Shown here: positions 51,441 to 64,000 of the stretch, one piece after another
How the letters are laid out: each line of letters begins with the position of its first letter
Numbering within the stretch: position 1 is the stretch's first letter
Assembly (NCBI GenBank): GCA_013239625.1
Contig: MU054391.1
Span: forward strand, 9,209,095 to 9,273,094
Direction: 5' to 3'
From: Lama guanicoe
Lineage: Eukaryota
DNA: 64,000 nt
The notes under the pieces: model-generated
What the model was told of the DNA's origin: nothing
The model's input: the letters and a program-made list of their open reading frames with translations, nothing else
The model's database searches: none
Position numbers and translations under genes: made by a program

Positions 51441-51490
51441 TTAAGGCTATAAATTTGCCTTTGAGGTCAGCCTTAACTGTGCCTCATAAT
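50490..51490 (-). mobile_element. Old L1 ORF2 remnant
   Basis: aaccatctttgtattctggggataaacc; ttcaagttttctacttcttc; ttaaggctataaattt. Confidence 0.7.
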
Positions 51491-51494
51491 TTTG

Positions 51495-51966
51495 GCAGGA
51501 AGCATATGTTGTTCTCCACTTTCAGTCAGCAGTTTCATCCTCCACCTTTATATGCTTTACTCTGTGCTCCCAGAGCCCTGCCTTAATTGGGTTATCACCC
51601 GGGTTCTCTTGCTGCCCATGGGAGGCATCAATAAGAAATCAGAAGAGGAGGAAAGAGGAGCTCTGCTCTCCTCCCTCCTGTTTCCATCTTAGCAGCTTTC
51701 GTAGTAGAAGTGGCTACATTCCTTCCAGGCAGCATCTCCTCTGTAGTTAAAGTTCACACTGCAGTCCTCTAACATTCTTTCTTCACTCTATCCCTTCAAG
51801 CCTGTGGGTGAGAACAGCTTCCTACTGACACTAGTCCTTAGGTGCCCCAATCTTTCCTGATTCTCTTAACTTTACTGAAAGCTTTTAAATAATCACTTTA
51901 TCAAAATCTCTACAGTTGACATATCCAAATAGAATTCTGTTTCCTCCTGGGACTCTGGCTATTACA
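51495..51966 (+). mobile_element. ERVL LTR (LTR33-like)
   Basis: ctctgtgctcccag; cccatgggaggcatca..agaaatcaga; ends tctgtttcctcctgggactctggctattaca. Confidence 0.6.
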
Positions 51967-52224
51967 AAATATTCATTTTTCTCTAAACAGTTCATTAATT
52001 CAAAATTGATTTTTTTTCTCTTATCCAGTATTACTTAGGAGAGTATTTCTTAATTTCTAAAAGTTAAAACTCTAAGGTTGGTGTCTTTTCTTTAACTAGT
52101 GTTAGAAATGTAGAGACTTAAAAAAAGGTTTAACTGTCATGTGTGTCTACTTAGTGAGCTACTAAAGGTTATGCTTCTTCAAGATAAGAAAGTAAAAAAA
52201 AAAGATAAGAAAGTAAACCAACAA

Positions 52225-52333
52225 CAATGAATATATATATATGTTCATGTATAATTGAAAAATTGTGCTCTACACTGGAATTTGACACAACATTGTAAAA
52301 TTATTATAAATCAATAAAAAATGTTAAAAAAAA
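52225..52333 (+). mobile_element. Very short young L1 tail with perfect 18-bp TSD
   Basis: TSD aagaaagtaaaccaacaa at 52207-52224 and 52334-52351; the body matches the end of the 13835 copy. Confidence 0.95.
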
Positions 52334-52351
52334 AAGAAAGTAAACCAACAA

Positions 52352-53050
52352 AGAATATATGGGACCCAGAAAACAGAACGTAACAGGCAAGAAGCTAAGA
52401 GACTTTCACGATGATTTGGATGCAAGTCCTCAGATGCCAGTGATGCAATCCAGAATGTAGCAGGAATACTGGGGCCACCAAAAGGATATTTCTAATACTA
52501 AAAAATGGAAATTTGGAACTTACATATGTTTGACTGCATTGAGAGAAGACTTACATGTATATTACAGAGTCTGGAAAAAATTAGTGATAAGCACCTAGAT
52601 AACTTAGCAAATGAAAGAAATAACTTATCATTCAAAGAAAAGTGAAAAAGTATATGGAAAAAGAAATATCAAAGAATACTACATGGCTCATCTGTGAACA
52701 ATGTTTATACAATCATAAAACTATAAATACTGATGACTGATTTAGCCAAAAGCTGGAATATTGCCATGCTGGGAGGGAGGGAGGGGAGAACATATAAGTA
52801 TAGAGAGAAATTATAAAGAAACTAAATCCTTAGTTTCACAACAGAATGTCAACTCACAACACATAAATTGAAAAATCAAAAAATGGCATAGCAAGCATAT
52901 TGGAAGTAAACACCAAGAGTGGCTCACAAGTTAAAACAGGTTAGTTCTAAGAGGCAGGATTCAGGAGTGTAGATGAGAAGGGCAAAGGAGTGGTGTTTTA
53001 TTGTTGTGGTTGCCGTTAAAAGCTTTCTTATTCTATTGGACTATGTACCT
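52352..53050 (+). mobile_element. HAL1-like remnant
   Basis: atgggacccagaaaacag...atgat..gga; aatccagaatgtagcagg; tacatggctcatctgtgaa; actaaatccttagtttcacaacag. Confidence 0.55.
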
Positions 53051-54944
53051 ATCTTAATGTATCTATTATATGGCTTTTTAACCATAGAAACTACATTATG
53101 TTGATAAGATGCTACATGTTTAAAATAGAAAAATCAGGCCTCTAAGCAACTCAGATTTCCCTCACACAGGTAACCAGGGTGAAAAAAAAAATTATTCTGG
53201 GAAAAGTAAAGCCATTAACACCATAGTGTGAATTACATTAATCATCTCCTACGTCTAAATCTCAGCAGTCCACAGATTGAGGGTTTCCTGGGAAGCTTTT
53301 TAGGCTATGTGAGAAAGGAGTAAGACCCAACTCTGCTCCTCAAAAATATCAGAGACCGCTTCAGCTCAACGAAGACAGTGTTTTATATTCATAATCTCAA
53401 CATTCTAAATACTAAGCTCATATGTATGATTAGATTTTTCAAATTTGATAATTTACTGCTTGAAACTTAAGAGCAGCTTTATTGTTTTTCACAGCAATTT
53501 AATTTTTCCCTTAGTCATTCTCCCTCCCACACTCTCACACTTAACAAATCTTCCTTCAGTGTTACGAGGGGGTGGTTTGATGGTATATATCTGGAGGCCC
53601 ATCCTCAGCACAACAAACCAATTAGCTGCTAAGAAAAACACTGCCGAGTTCCCTTGACATTATTTTGACTTAAATTTTGTGTTTTAAGAATAGCTCAGAT
53701 ATACAGGGAACACTGACAGTGTACCAGCACTGCAGCTGTGGAAGCTTCTTTCCAGAATATGCAGGACCTCTATAAGCCTACAAGAGACAGGGAACCCCAA
53801 GCCTGCAGACCATTAAGATGGAAGTCTGCAGACCATTAAGAAGGTGAGGTTGATATTTTTAAACACCTGGATATGGATCACAGCAAACAAGCATAGTATA
53901 TTGACTATGGTAAGTCTGTTAATAATTTATAAGCTTCTTAATATAAGTATTCTAATTTTTAATAAAAAATTCACGTAAAGTTTGATCACATAATGTGAAA
54001 GAAAGGGAAAGACCCCTGGCTCAGAGATTTCCAAGCCTAGCTTGGGGACCCTAGAGTTGCAGGGAAATAAACCCAGGGCCACCTGCTGCAGTCAGGGGCA
54101 GCAAGCAATGGTGGTGGTGGTGGTGAGGGAGGGTGCTACGTGATTCCTGAGCCCACCAAAGCCAGTGCATTTCCTCTTCTATTAATCATTTCACACATGA
54201 AAAATTAAGGCCTCTGGGAGGAAAACAAGTCATCCAACATCACACAACTAGCAGGTTGCAAAGCTTGAACCACATTCAGGTCTTTAGGTTCCTGGTTCAA
54301 TGTTCTGCCACTGTCTTTTTGCTGCGTTTCTTATTTTAGGTGCTTTTCTACTTATAGAAACTAAAAATGTATCCCTTTCTAGAGAGCTATGAAGCTATTG
54401 CTACTCTGCATTTTCCCTAAGGAAGTAAGCTTGATAAATTATTTAAATATCCACTTTTCTCTGCTAAAATGTACACTATGTTTTTCTCTACGTAAAATGT
54501 GAAAACACTTATTTTACTGAGCCATTTATATGCATCATTTTTCTTCCTAAAAGCTCTCCTTCTCCCATATCCATTGCTTTGGAAACCTCTAGAGATATTA
54601 TAATGAAATATTGATTGCCCTCACTCTCATCTCCACTCTATTTCTATTCTAATGACTCTACAACTCCAGAATAATTTTGTTGAGGAAGCACTAATTCAGA
54701 AACTTGTTTCCACATTTTTTAAAAAGATAGACTATTTCCTTGACCAAGTACTGTGCACCCACAGTTCAGCCCATTCGCTATTTGGAAGGTCTCCTATTGG
54801 GACATCACATCTTATTAACAGCAAGAACTTTGAATTAACAGCCTAAGAAGGGACCTTTCAATTCCCAAAAGATGACAGATTCCATAAGATGGTGATGGTT
54901 AAAAAGCAGAATTTTTCCCAGAATACCTGAGGAAATTCCCTAAT

Positions 54945-57900
54945 TCACACTGGTTTCAGCTCCAGCCCCACCCCCCGCCCCCCCCACCAAAGCTGCCAGA
55001 CACATGCAGCATGCACAGGGCTACTTCCACACAAGGAGACTCCTCCAAGACCAGGAGAGGTAACTGTTTCACTTAATTTAGACACAAACACAGAAAATGA
55101 AACAAAATGAGAAGACAGAAGAACATGTCCCAAATGAAAGAACAAGATAAAGCCAAAGGAAAAAAACCCCAATGAAGCAGAGATAAGTAATTTACTTGAT
55201 AAAGCGTTCAAAGCAATAATCATAAAAATGCTCATAAAACTCTGGAGATGAATAGAGGAACACAGTGAGACTTCAACAAAGAATTAGAAAATATAAAAAA
55301 GAACCAATCAAAGCTGAAGAAAATGGTAACTAAAATGAAGAATGCACTAGAGGGAATCAACAGCAGATCAGGTGACACAGAAGAATGCATAAGTGACCTG
55401 GAAGGCAGAATAGTGGAAACCACCCAATCAGAAGAGTAAAAAGAGAAAAAAAGAACATTTAAAAATGAGGATAGTTTAAGGAACCTCTGAGACAATATCA
55501 AACATACTATATTCACATTATAGGGGATCCCAGAAAAAGAAACGGAAGAGAAGGGCGGAAAATATATTTGATAAAATAATGACTGAAAACATCCCCAACC
55601 TGGGGAATGAAACAGATATCCAGGTCCAGGAAAAATAAAAATTCATAGACAAGATGAAACCAAGGAGACCCACACCGAGACATATCACAAATAAAATTGC
55701 AAAAGTTAAATATGAAGATAATTATAAAGGCAGAAAGAGAAAAGCAGAGTAACATACAATGGAAACACCCAATAAAGCTGTCAGCTGAGTTTTTTTTCCT
55801 GGACAAAACTTGCAGGACAGAAAGGAGTGCCATGACCTAGTTAAAGTGCTGAAAGAAAAAAGCCTGCAACCAAGGATATCCTACCTAGTGGTGAACATTC
55901 AGAATAGAAGAAGAGATAAAGAGTTTCCCAGACAAGCAAAAATTGAGAGTTCATCACCACTAAACTGGCCTTATGAGAAATCTTAAAGGGCCATCTTTAC
56001 GTGGAAAAAAGACCATAACAAGAAATAAGAAACTATGAAAAAAAAAAACAAAAAAGCAACCTTCACTGCTGAATGTAAATATATAGTAAAGGCGGTGGAC
56101 TAACCACTTAAAATGCCAGTATTGAGGTTAAAAGGCAAAAGTCATAAAACCAATTTTAACTACAATAAGTAGCTAAAGGATACATAAAAAGATGTAAAAA
56201 AGAAAATAAAACAGAAACATAAACTTGGGAGGGGAGGGTAAAAAATGCAGAAGTTTCAGAATGTGTTTGAATGTAAACAACTACTAGCTTAAAATAAGAA
56301 CATATATGTATATGAATCTCATGGTAATCACAAACCAAATACCTACACAGATACACAAAAAATAAGAAGAAAGGAAACCAAACATAACACTAAGCATCTA
56401 ACTACAAGGGAAGAGACTAAATGAAAAAGAACTACAAAAACAAGAAAACAAGCAACAAAACAGCAACAAGTACATCCGTATCACAAAGTAACTCAGTGTA
56501 AATGGACTAAATGCCCCAATCTAACAACATAAGGTGGCTGAATGGATAAAAAAAAAAGAGACCCATCTATGTGGTGCCTTCAACAGACTTGCTTCAGAGC
56601 TGAAGACATGCACAGACTGAAAGTGAGAGGATGGAAGAAGATATTCCATTCAAATGGAAAAGATGAAAGCTTTTCCCTAAGATCAGGAACAAGACAAGTA
56701 TGCCCGCTCACTCAGCTTTCATTCAGCGTAGCACTGGAAGCCCTTGTCACAGCAGTCAGACACACACACGCACAAAGCATCCATGTGGGAGGGGAAGAAG
56801 TAAAATTCTCTATGTGCAGGCGATCTGACACTATATGTAGAAAACTCTGAAGACTCCGCCCCAAAACTATTTGAATTAATAATTCAGTAAAATTGAAAGA
56901 TACAAAATTAATATACAGAAACTTATTGCATTTCTATACACTAATAATAAATTGTCAGAAAAAAGCAAGAAAGCAATCCAAACAATTTACAATCATGTAA
57001 AAAAAAATTAAAATACCTAGGAATAAATTTAACCAAGGAGGTTGAAAGACCTGTACTCTTAAACCCATAAGACACTGGCGAAAGAAATTGACGATGACAC
57101 AAATAAATGGAAATAAATACCACAACCACGGATGAGAGACATTAATACTGTGAAAAATGTTTATACTCCCCAAGACAATCTGTGGATTCAGTGCAATTCC
57201 TATCAAAATACTCATGACATTGTTCACAGAACTAGAATAAATAATATGAAAATTTGTATGGAAACACAGAACACCCCCAAATAGCCAAAATAATCTTAAA
57301 AAAGAAGAACAGAGCTGGAGGAATCATGCTCCCTGACTTCAGACTACACTCCAAAGCTATAGCATCAATGCTGGCACAGTAACAGACACATCGATCAATG
57401 GGACAGAACAGAGAGCCCAGAAACAAACCCATGCACTTACGGTCAATTAATCTATGACAAAGGAGGCAAGTACGTACAATGGAGAAAAGACAGTCTCTTC
57501 AATAAGCGGTGCTGGGAAAACCGGACAGCTACCTGTAAAAGAAGGAAACTAGACCATTTTCTCACACCACATACAAAGATAAACTCAAAATGGATAAAAG
57601 AGTTAAGACCCAAAACCATAATATTCGTAGAAGAACACATAGGCAGCATGCTCTCTGGTATCTGCCTTAGCAATATGTTTTTGGCTTTCTCTCCTCTGGC
57701 AAGGGAAACAGGTACAAAAATAAACAAATGGAGCCACATAAAACTAAAAAGCTTTTGCACAATAATGGAAAACCATCAAGAAAACAAAAAGGCACTCTAC
57801 TGAATGGGAGAACATATTTGCAAAGGATATGTCTGAGAAGGGGTTAATATTCAAAATATATTTTTAAAAATCCCATACAACTCAATATGAAAACAAAAAG

Positions 57901-58700
57901 TCTAACTGAAATATGGGCAGAGGACTTGAACAGGAATTTTTCCAAAGAAGACATACAGATGGCCAACAGACACAAGAAACTATGCCCATCATCTCTAGTC
58001 ATCAGGAAAATGTGAATCAAAACGAGAACAAGCTACCACCTCCCACCTGTCAGAAGGGTTTTCATCAGAAAGACAAGTAACAAGTGTTGGCGGGGATGTG
58101 GAGGAAAGGAGTCCCTCGTCCACTGTTGGTGGGAATGTAAATAGTACAGCCATTACAGAAAATATTACGGAGGTTCCTCAAGAAACTAAAAATAGAACTA
58201 TCATATGATCCAGCAATTCCACATCTGGGTATTCATCCTCAGAAAACAAAGACACAATTTCAAAAAGACATATTCACCTCAATGTTCACTGCAGAATTAT
58301 TTACAGTAGCCAAGATACGGAGGCAACCTAAGTGTCCACTGACAGATGAATAAAGAGGCTGAGGTATATAAATGCAATGGAATTTTAGTCAGCCACAAAA
58401 AAAAGAGTGAAAGCTTGCCATTAGCAACAACATGGATGGACCTAGAGGGTATTACGTTACATGAAATTAGTCAGACAGAGAAAGACAAATACCGTATGTT
58501 TTCATTTATATGTGGAATTCAAAAAAAAAAAAACAGAAAAAGCCTCACAGATACAGTGAACAAACTACTGGTTGCCAGAGGTGGGGGGGACAGGTGAAAC
58601 AGGTGGGAGGGATTAAGAGGTACACACCACCAGTTACAGAATGAGTCACAGGGATGTCATATACACATGGGGAATGCAGTCAATATACTATTATTAACTT
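54945..58700 (+). mobile_element. L1 (ORF1, inter-ORF, internally deleted ORF2, 3'UTR), degenerate
   Basis: ORF1-like 55107-56000; EN motifs (DPSMWCLQQT, HRLKVRGWKKIFHSNG) fused to RT (FSLRSGTRQVCPL); C-terminal LPLATTWMDLEGI. Confidence 0.92.
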
Positions 58701-59597
58701 CTCCTCAGTTCTCTCATCTGTAAACTGTTGATAAGTAAGGTCTTCATTTTTAGTGACGTTATGAGAATTCAGATAATTTATGGTAAATGCCAATATATGC
58801 CTACAGATCCTTAAGAAATGTAAAGTGCCTTTTGTCCTTGAGGAAAGAAGATGGAAAACAGTATCACTGTTTCTGGAGAGACACTGGGTAGTTTTTCCCA
58901 GGAAGGCCCAGGAGGTGCTGAGAAATCGGTCTCCCATGGATGCTCATTACCAAGTGGATCCATTTACAAAAGTATGCCAGTAAAGCCAGCAAGCAGCAGA
59001 AAGCAGAGGAAAGGGGTCCAGATGAGAAGGGCTGCTCTGCTTTTCTACTGCCATGTAATAAATCACCCTGGAAGCTAGTGATTTAGAGCATCAACTAGAT
59101 TATTTACCTCCTGATTTTGTAGTTTGAACTCAGCTGGGAAGTTCTACGCGTCTTGCTTAGGGTCTCGTATGGTTTCAGCCACACAGTGGCAAAGGGGGAG
59201 TTATCTGGGAAACTGGAGTGACCTGGCCCCTCACCCTGTTTATGTGGTCTTAGTGCCCCTCCTGCCCACATGGGCTCCCCAGAAAGGCAGCTGGACTTCT
59301 CACCTGGCAGCTCAGTGCTTCCAAAAAGTATGCATTCCAAGATGGAGGAAGCAGAAGTTCTTCAGACCATTTTTTTTTAATAGTTAAAAAATATTCATTG
59401 GTATGAGTTACTAATTCAGTTATTTCTATAGAAACATTTTTTTTCCCTCTTCAGAAGAAAGCAATCTAGTCTTAGAATTGTTGGCTGAAATTTGTCTTTT
59501 GTCTTTTTCTTAATAAATGATTGACATTAAGGGTTTCAAACACAAAGAGCTGAAGCATCAACCAAAAATAGTTTTTATATTCCAAAAATCTATATTA

Positions 59598-59869
59598 AAC
59601 TGGAGAGGGTGTGGAGAAAAAAGGGCCCTCCTACACTGTTGGTGGGAATGTAGTTTGGTACAGCCACATGGAAAACAGTATGGAGATTCCGAAAACTAAA
59701 AATAGACTTACCCTATGGTCCAGCAATCCCACTCCTGGGCATGTACATGGAGGGAACTCTAACTCGAAAAGGACACATGCCCCAATGTTCATAGTAGCAT
59801 TATTTACAAAAGCAAAGACATGGAAACAATCTAAATGTCCATCGACAGATGACTGGATAAAGATGTGAG

Positions 59870-59905
<36 letters not shown>

Positions 59906-60130
59906 ATAAAATGGAATACTACTCAGCCATAAAAAAGAATAAAATAATGTCATTTGTAGCAACATGGATGGACCTGGAGATCATCATAATAAGTAAGTCA
60001 AAAACAGAAAGAAAAATACCATATGATATCACTTATATGTGGAATCTAAAAAAAAAAGACAGAAATGAACTTATTTATAAAACAGAGACAGACTCACATA
60101 GGAAACAAACTTACGGTTACTATAGGGGAA
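59598..60130 (+). mobile_element. L1 ORF2 C-terminus/3'UTR fragment with internal (TA)n, followed by (GTTTT)n at 60131-60174
   Basis: PMFIVALFTKAKTWKQSKCPSTDDWIK; MEYYSAIKKNKIMSFVATWMDLE. Confidence 0.9.
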
Positions 60131-61339
60131 AGTTTTGTTTTGTTTTGTTTTGTTTTGTTGTTTTGTTTTGTTTTAGGTAATGTGAGGGGAACTTAATAAA
60201 GTGACTATATACAAGAGCAGGGCATAGAGAATTCTGCAAGTTCAGTGATTGGGGCTAGTCATAGTGAGGGCAAAGAATGTGAATAGTTCCTGGAACCCAG
60301 AGGAAGAGAGAGCTGTGTGGAGAGGGCTGCCTGTGAGAGCAGGTGAATTTTGCCCCTTTTTGTAAAGGTGCTCTCTCCATCTGGAGTGCTATCTCCCATG
60401 ATGTTTCACCACTGAGACTTATTTGTATGTCATGGTTTGGCTATAAAAATGCCATGTCTTCCAGAAAATCTTCCCAAATCTCTGCATCTATAAAGAATTC
60501 TTTCTCTCCTAGGTCATCCAATCAGTTCACCATGACCTCCAAAAAAATAACTCTAATTGTGCCCAGTATTAGCATTAATTTGACAAAAAAAAAGTTTTGA
60601 ATGGTAAGTTAGGAACTGTGGGATACAGATCTAAAGAAGGTGAAGCCCTAGTCTCAAGAAACACAAAATCTAGCAGAGAGAGAAATTTTTAAACAGTCAC
60701 AATATGCTATAGTAAGGACAAAAGTATACATAATCAGGTTTAGAAAGTAGCACAGAAGAAGGAAAGAGGAACTTTGGGGGGAAAAGCAAGCATCAGGAGA
60801 AGGCTTTGAAACAGTACCACCAAGGAAATAGAAAGCATTCCACACTTCCATACTAATCACTGGCAAACTCTTGAAGCTCTGACTCTCCGCACCAAGGCTG
60901 CATTTCCAGATGGCAGTGGAGGTGGTAACTGATGCCAGAGGTCAAGAGGAAGACAGGGATTAGATCAGTGACAGCCTTGGGCTCCATCTGAAGGACTTGA
61001 ATTTCTCATGGAGGTGATAGAAAGCCATTGCCAGGTTTTAAGCAGGAACATTGACACATTTCTTGCCCATCTTTGTAACCTAGGGTCAGCAAGCACAGTG
61101 CCTGGAAATGACAATAAACAAATGCGCATATGTTGAGTGCCTACTGTGTGCCTGGCACTGTGCCAGACATTTCACGTGCATTAGCTAGTAGGCACTCAAG
61201 AAAAGTTTATGCCATTAAATTAAATGGAATTGCAGCTCCATCCCATTCAGATTGAGTGAAAATTGAAACTGTCATTACAGCTTTAGCAGAGAGAGTTAGA
61301 AAATTATAAGTTTAAAGAAAATTATAAGTTTAAAGAAGT

Positions 61340-61860
61340 TTAGTAATGAAAAAGGATCAGAATAAAAGAGAGAATCTGATTATTCCTCAGCTAAAGGCCA
61401 AACCAGAAAGAGTCAGGTAATTTAAAAAAAAAAAAAAAGAATGGGTAACTTTTTTTAGGTGGTAAAAGAGCTAGAGAGGATTTTATAAACACTTTATGGG
61501 AGAAATAGACAAACCACAGAGAAAAATGGGTCTTCTAATAAATGAGTAGGAAAAGAGAATTAACAATAAATGAGAGCAGCTAAAATACTGAACTCCTCCT
61601 TTGCAAGAAAAATGAGAGGAAATAACTTAGATTCTTGGCAAGTAATAAAAAATCTTGCAAAATACTTAATAGGGATAGAAATTTAGTGAGGAAATACTCA
61701 TTAAAGTTAATTCATCCCTTTAAAAGAGACAGCTCAGAGCCCTCCCAAGGTGTGCTTCCTCCCGGAATCAGATCAAAGTCAGTTCTCACCTTCCTTAGCA
61801 TGGCTTCTGAAGACATTGATTCTTAGGAGATATTAAATGTGCTATAAGACGGTCCACATG
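61340..61860 (+). mobile_element. L3/CR1 ORF2 remnant
   Basis: Broken translation AAKILNSSFA (compare CR1 KAELLNSFFAS) and LVRKYSLKL..FK (compare VREYL.KL..FKS). Confidence 0.5.
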
Positions 61861-62007
61861 TGAGTGTGGTCCCTGGGGCACCGCCAAGGACAGAGGATGC
61901 CGGGAACAGCAGTGCATGTGGGGGAAATTTCAGAGGGGTGGGTGGGGGTGACTGTACTGGGAACTCCCTCTCCCCAGCGAGAGCACCGCTAAGCTCTAGT
62001 CACTCAC

Positions 62008-62150
62008 ACTGTCAACTGCGGGGCTGTTTCCCAATCTCTCTGAATCTGTTTTTCTCTTCCCGCTGTAGATTTGGAGTGTGCAATTGATGCGGTAATATGT
62101 TGTTTTTTCTTCTAACCCTCACATTTGTCACGTTTTCTATGTGATATTTT
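62008..62150 (-). other. Candidate internal non-coding exon (143 nt) of an unidentified minus-strand transcript
   Basis: Branch-like cactaac (62207-62213), about 30-nt pure pyrimidine tract ending ttacag, purine-rich body, donor agt|gtgagt; stops in all three frames. Confidence 0.5.
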
Positions 62151-63709
62151 CTGTAAGAGGGAGGGGGAGGGGAGGGGAGAGAGGGAAACTACGTACCCAT
62201 AGACCCGTTAGTGGGATAGTATTTATGCAAGCGTCGGCAAATGTCCTTGTTTACTGGCGTAACTGTCAACCTGAGAATTTTGCCTCACCCAGCAGTGAGT
62301 CCTGACTCCCGGACTAAAATGATGACCGCCAACACAAGAAAACTGAGGCTGCTGGAAAACTGAGGAAGGGGGAAGACCACAGGAAAAACAGAACCAGGAG
62401 TTTATAAGAACGGAATCCAGGTTGGAATTGGTAGGTAATTAATCAAACAAGCATATCTCAAAGCCAGATCTGAGGGGAAGGAGGTTCAACAAAATTCTTA
62501 TTGCAGCTAATTGGCTAACCTGGAGAAAATAAATAAATAAGGTAGGAATTGTTATGTCAGAGAACCAAAGGAACAGGCAGTCACGCGGTCAAGACACTGT
62601 GATCAAACCTGGGCAAAAAGAAGAAAGACAGGAAAGCCACAGTTTGTACCAACAACAAAGATCAACTCCAGTGAAACACAGTGTGTGTCAAGAAGGCTCT
62701 CGATGAATTGGAACATGAATGGATAAACGCGTAGGGGAATAAACCGAGACCTTCTAAATACACCCCTGGTGTCCTAGAAGATGGTGGTCAATCACGGTAT
62801 TTTATGAGCCCGTTCCTACTCACGGTCAAGCCTTTTTGATGACAGTACAAACAGTTTCACCTGTGGGCGGTAGGCACGTTCAGAATATGTCACAGAATCT
62901 CAAAATCCCACAGCCAGACTTCCTTTGGACTTGTGAAATGAGTCTTACGCAAATACATGGAGAATAAAAGTCAGAAATTGGTTAAAAAAAAAAGCCCAAT
63001 GAGAAATATATGCAAAGTATTTCCCCAAAATGTTGATAAGAGCCTAATGTGTTCAGAAGATAAGCCTCAGGTGAGAAATGAACCTTTCCCACTTCAGCAA
63101 AAGCTGCTCCCGTGTGACTCTTACCACTTTGAAGGAGGACACGTTATTGGCATTTAGTTGAAATCCAGAAGATAAAAAAATACAGAGGGAGTAGGTATCT
63201 TATAAGTGCACTGTCAGTATCACCACACCCTGGGTCCCCTTCTCATTATGATGGAAAAGAGACAATTTGAGGAGGAAAAAATACCACATTAGTACAAAAA
63301 TCATGCATCTGTTTTCATAAGAGCAAAATGACCAAAGTAATGGTTTCAAAGAAATCAAGGTCAAGGTGGTCCACACTGGAAGTCACTATTGACTGGAGCT
63401 CCTATGGCGGAAAAAATCAAGGTTCAGAGAAGAGGTATGACTGTCACATGATGACAGTCACTTCTGGTGGGATGCTAGACACAGTAGAGCCTAACCCAGG
63501 AGCCTGGTGCAAGGGTGCCCACTAAAGCAGCAAGGGGGGTGATGACAGGAGGAGATCCAGGGGAAGTTGTCACCTTCCAGGGACCTCCTCTGAGCCTCCC
63601 GGGATCCACAGCCCCATTAGCCTGGGTTAGGCTCCCCCTTCTGGACACTCAGAGAAACGTGGGCATTTCTCAATCTCTACCTTCACTTTGTTTTTTGTGT
63701 ACTTTTTGT

Positions 63710-64000
63710 CTTTTTTTAATTGAAGTATAGTTGATTTACAACGTCATGTTGGTTTCTTGTGTATAGCATAGTGATTCAGTCATACACACATATATAGTCA
63801 GATTCTTTCCCATTATAGGTTATTAGAAGCTATTGAATATAGTTCCCTGTGCTATACAGTAGAACCTTGTTGAACATGGATGGACCTAGAGATGATCACG
63901 ATAAGTAAGTCAGACAGAAAGACAAATACCATATAGCACTTATATGTGGGATCTAAAAAGGTAACACAAATGAATGTGCTTGCAAAACAGAAACAGACTC
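63710..64000 (-). mobile_element. L1 tail (63710-63872, minus) with inverted 5' portion (63873-64000), running off the window
   Basis: tttttttaattgaagtatagttgatttac...cagtagaaccttgttg, then the orientation flips to aacatggatggacctagagatgatc. Confidence 0.85.

Noticed and set aside
53799..53844. 23-bp tandem duplication aag(c/t)ctgcagaccattaaga(t/a)gg
   Set aside because: Ordinary two-copy local duplication with no further units
61298..61333. Perfect 18-bp tandem duplication agaaaattataagtttaa
   Set aside because: Ordinary slippage-type duplication
62159..62185. G-quadruplex-capable G-runs on the plus strand
   Set aside because: Adequately explained as the complement of the polypyrimidine tract of the candidate exon; no independent support

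Overview
Mammalian, most likely camelid (alpaca/llama/camel), non-coding DNA: an intron or an intergenic stretch. The taxon call rests on two tRNA-derived SINEs resembling the camelid vic-1 family and a recurring young L1 3' tail. No Alu, B1/B2, BovB/Bov-A, PRE1 or Can-SINE was recognised. Most of the window is transposon debris: old and young L1, L2, MIR, L3/CR1, HAL1, MaLR/ERVL/ERV1 LTRs, hAT and Tigger MITEs, and microsatellites. No intact protein-coding gene, RNA gene, CRISPR array or operon-like system is supported, and the only recognisable ORFs in the track are transposon fragments. The best leads are a well-formed 143-nt minus-strand non-coding exon (62008-62150), an AT-rich but CpG-undepleted hairpin-dense island (about 39420-39860), an A/A'/A inverted triplication (51004-51071), SINE plus L1-tail composites, two sites repeatedly hit by L1 insertion, and an L1 with an in-frame EN-RT fusion deletion. 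Repeat family names come from recalled consensus sequences and boundaries are approximate. I did not find a convincing new biological system.
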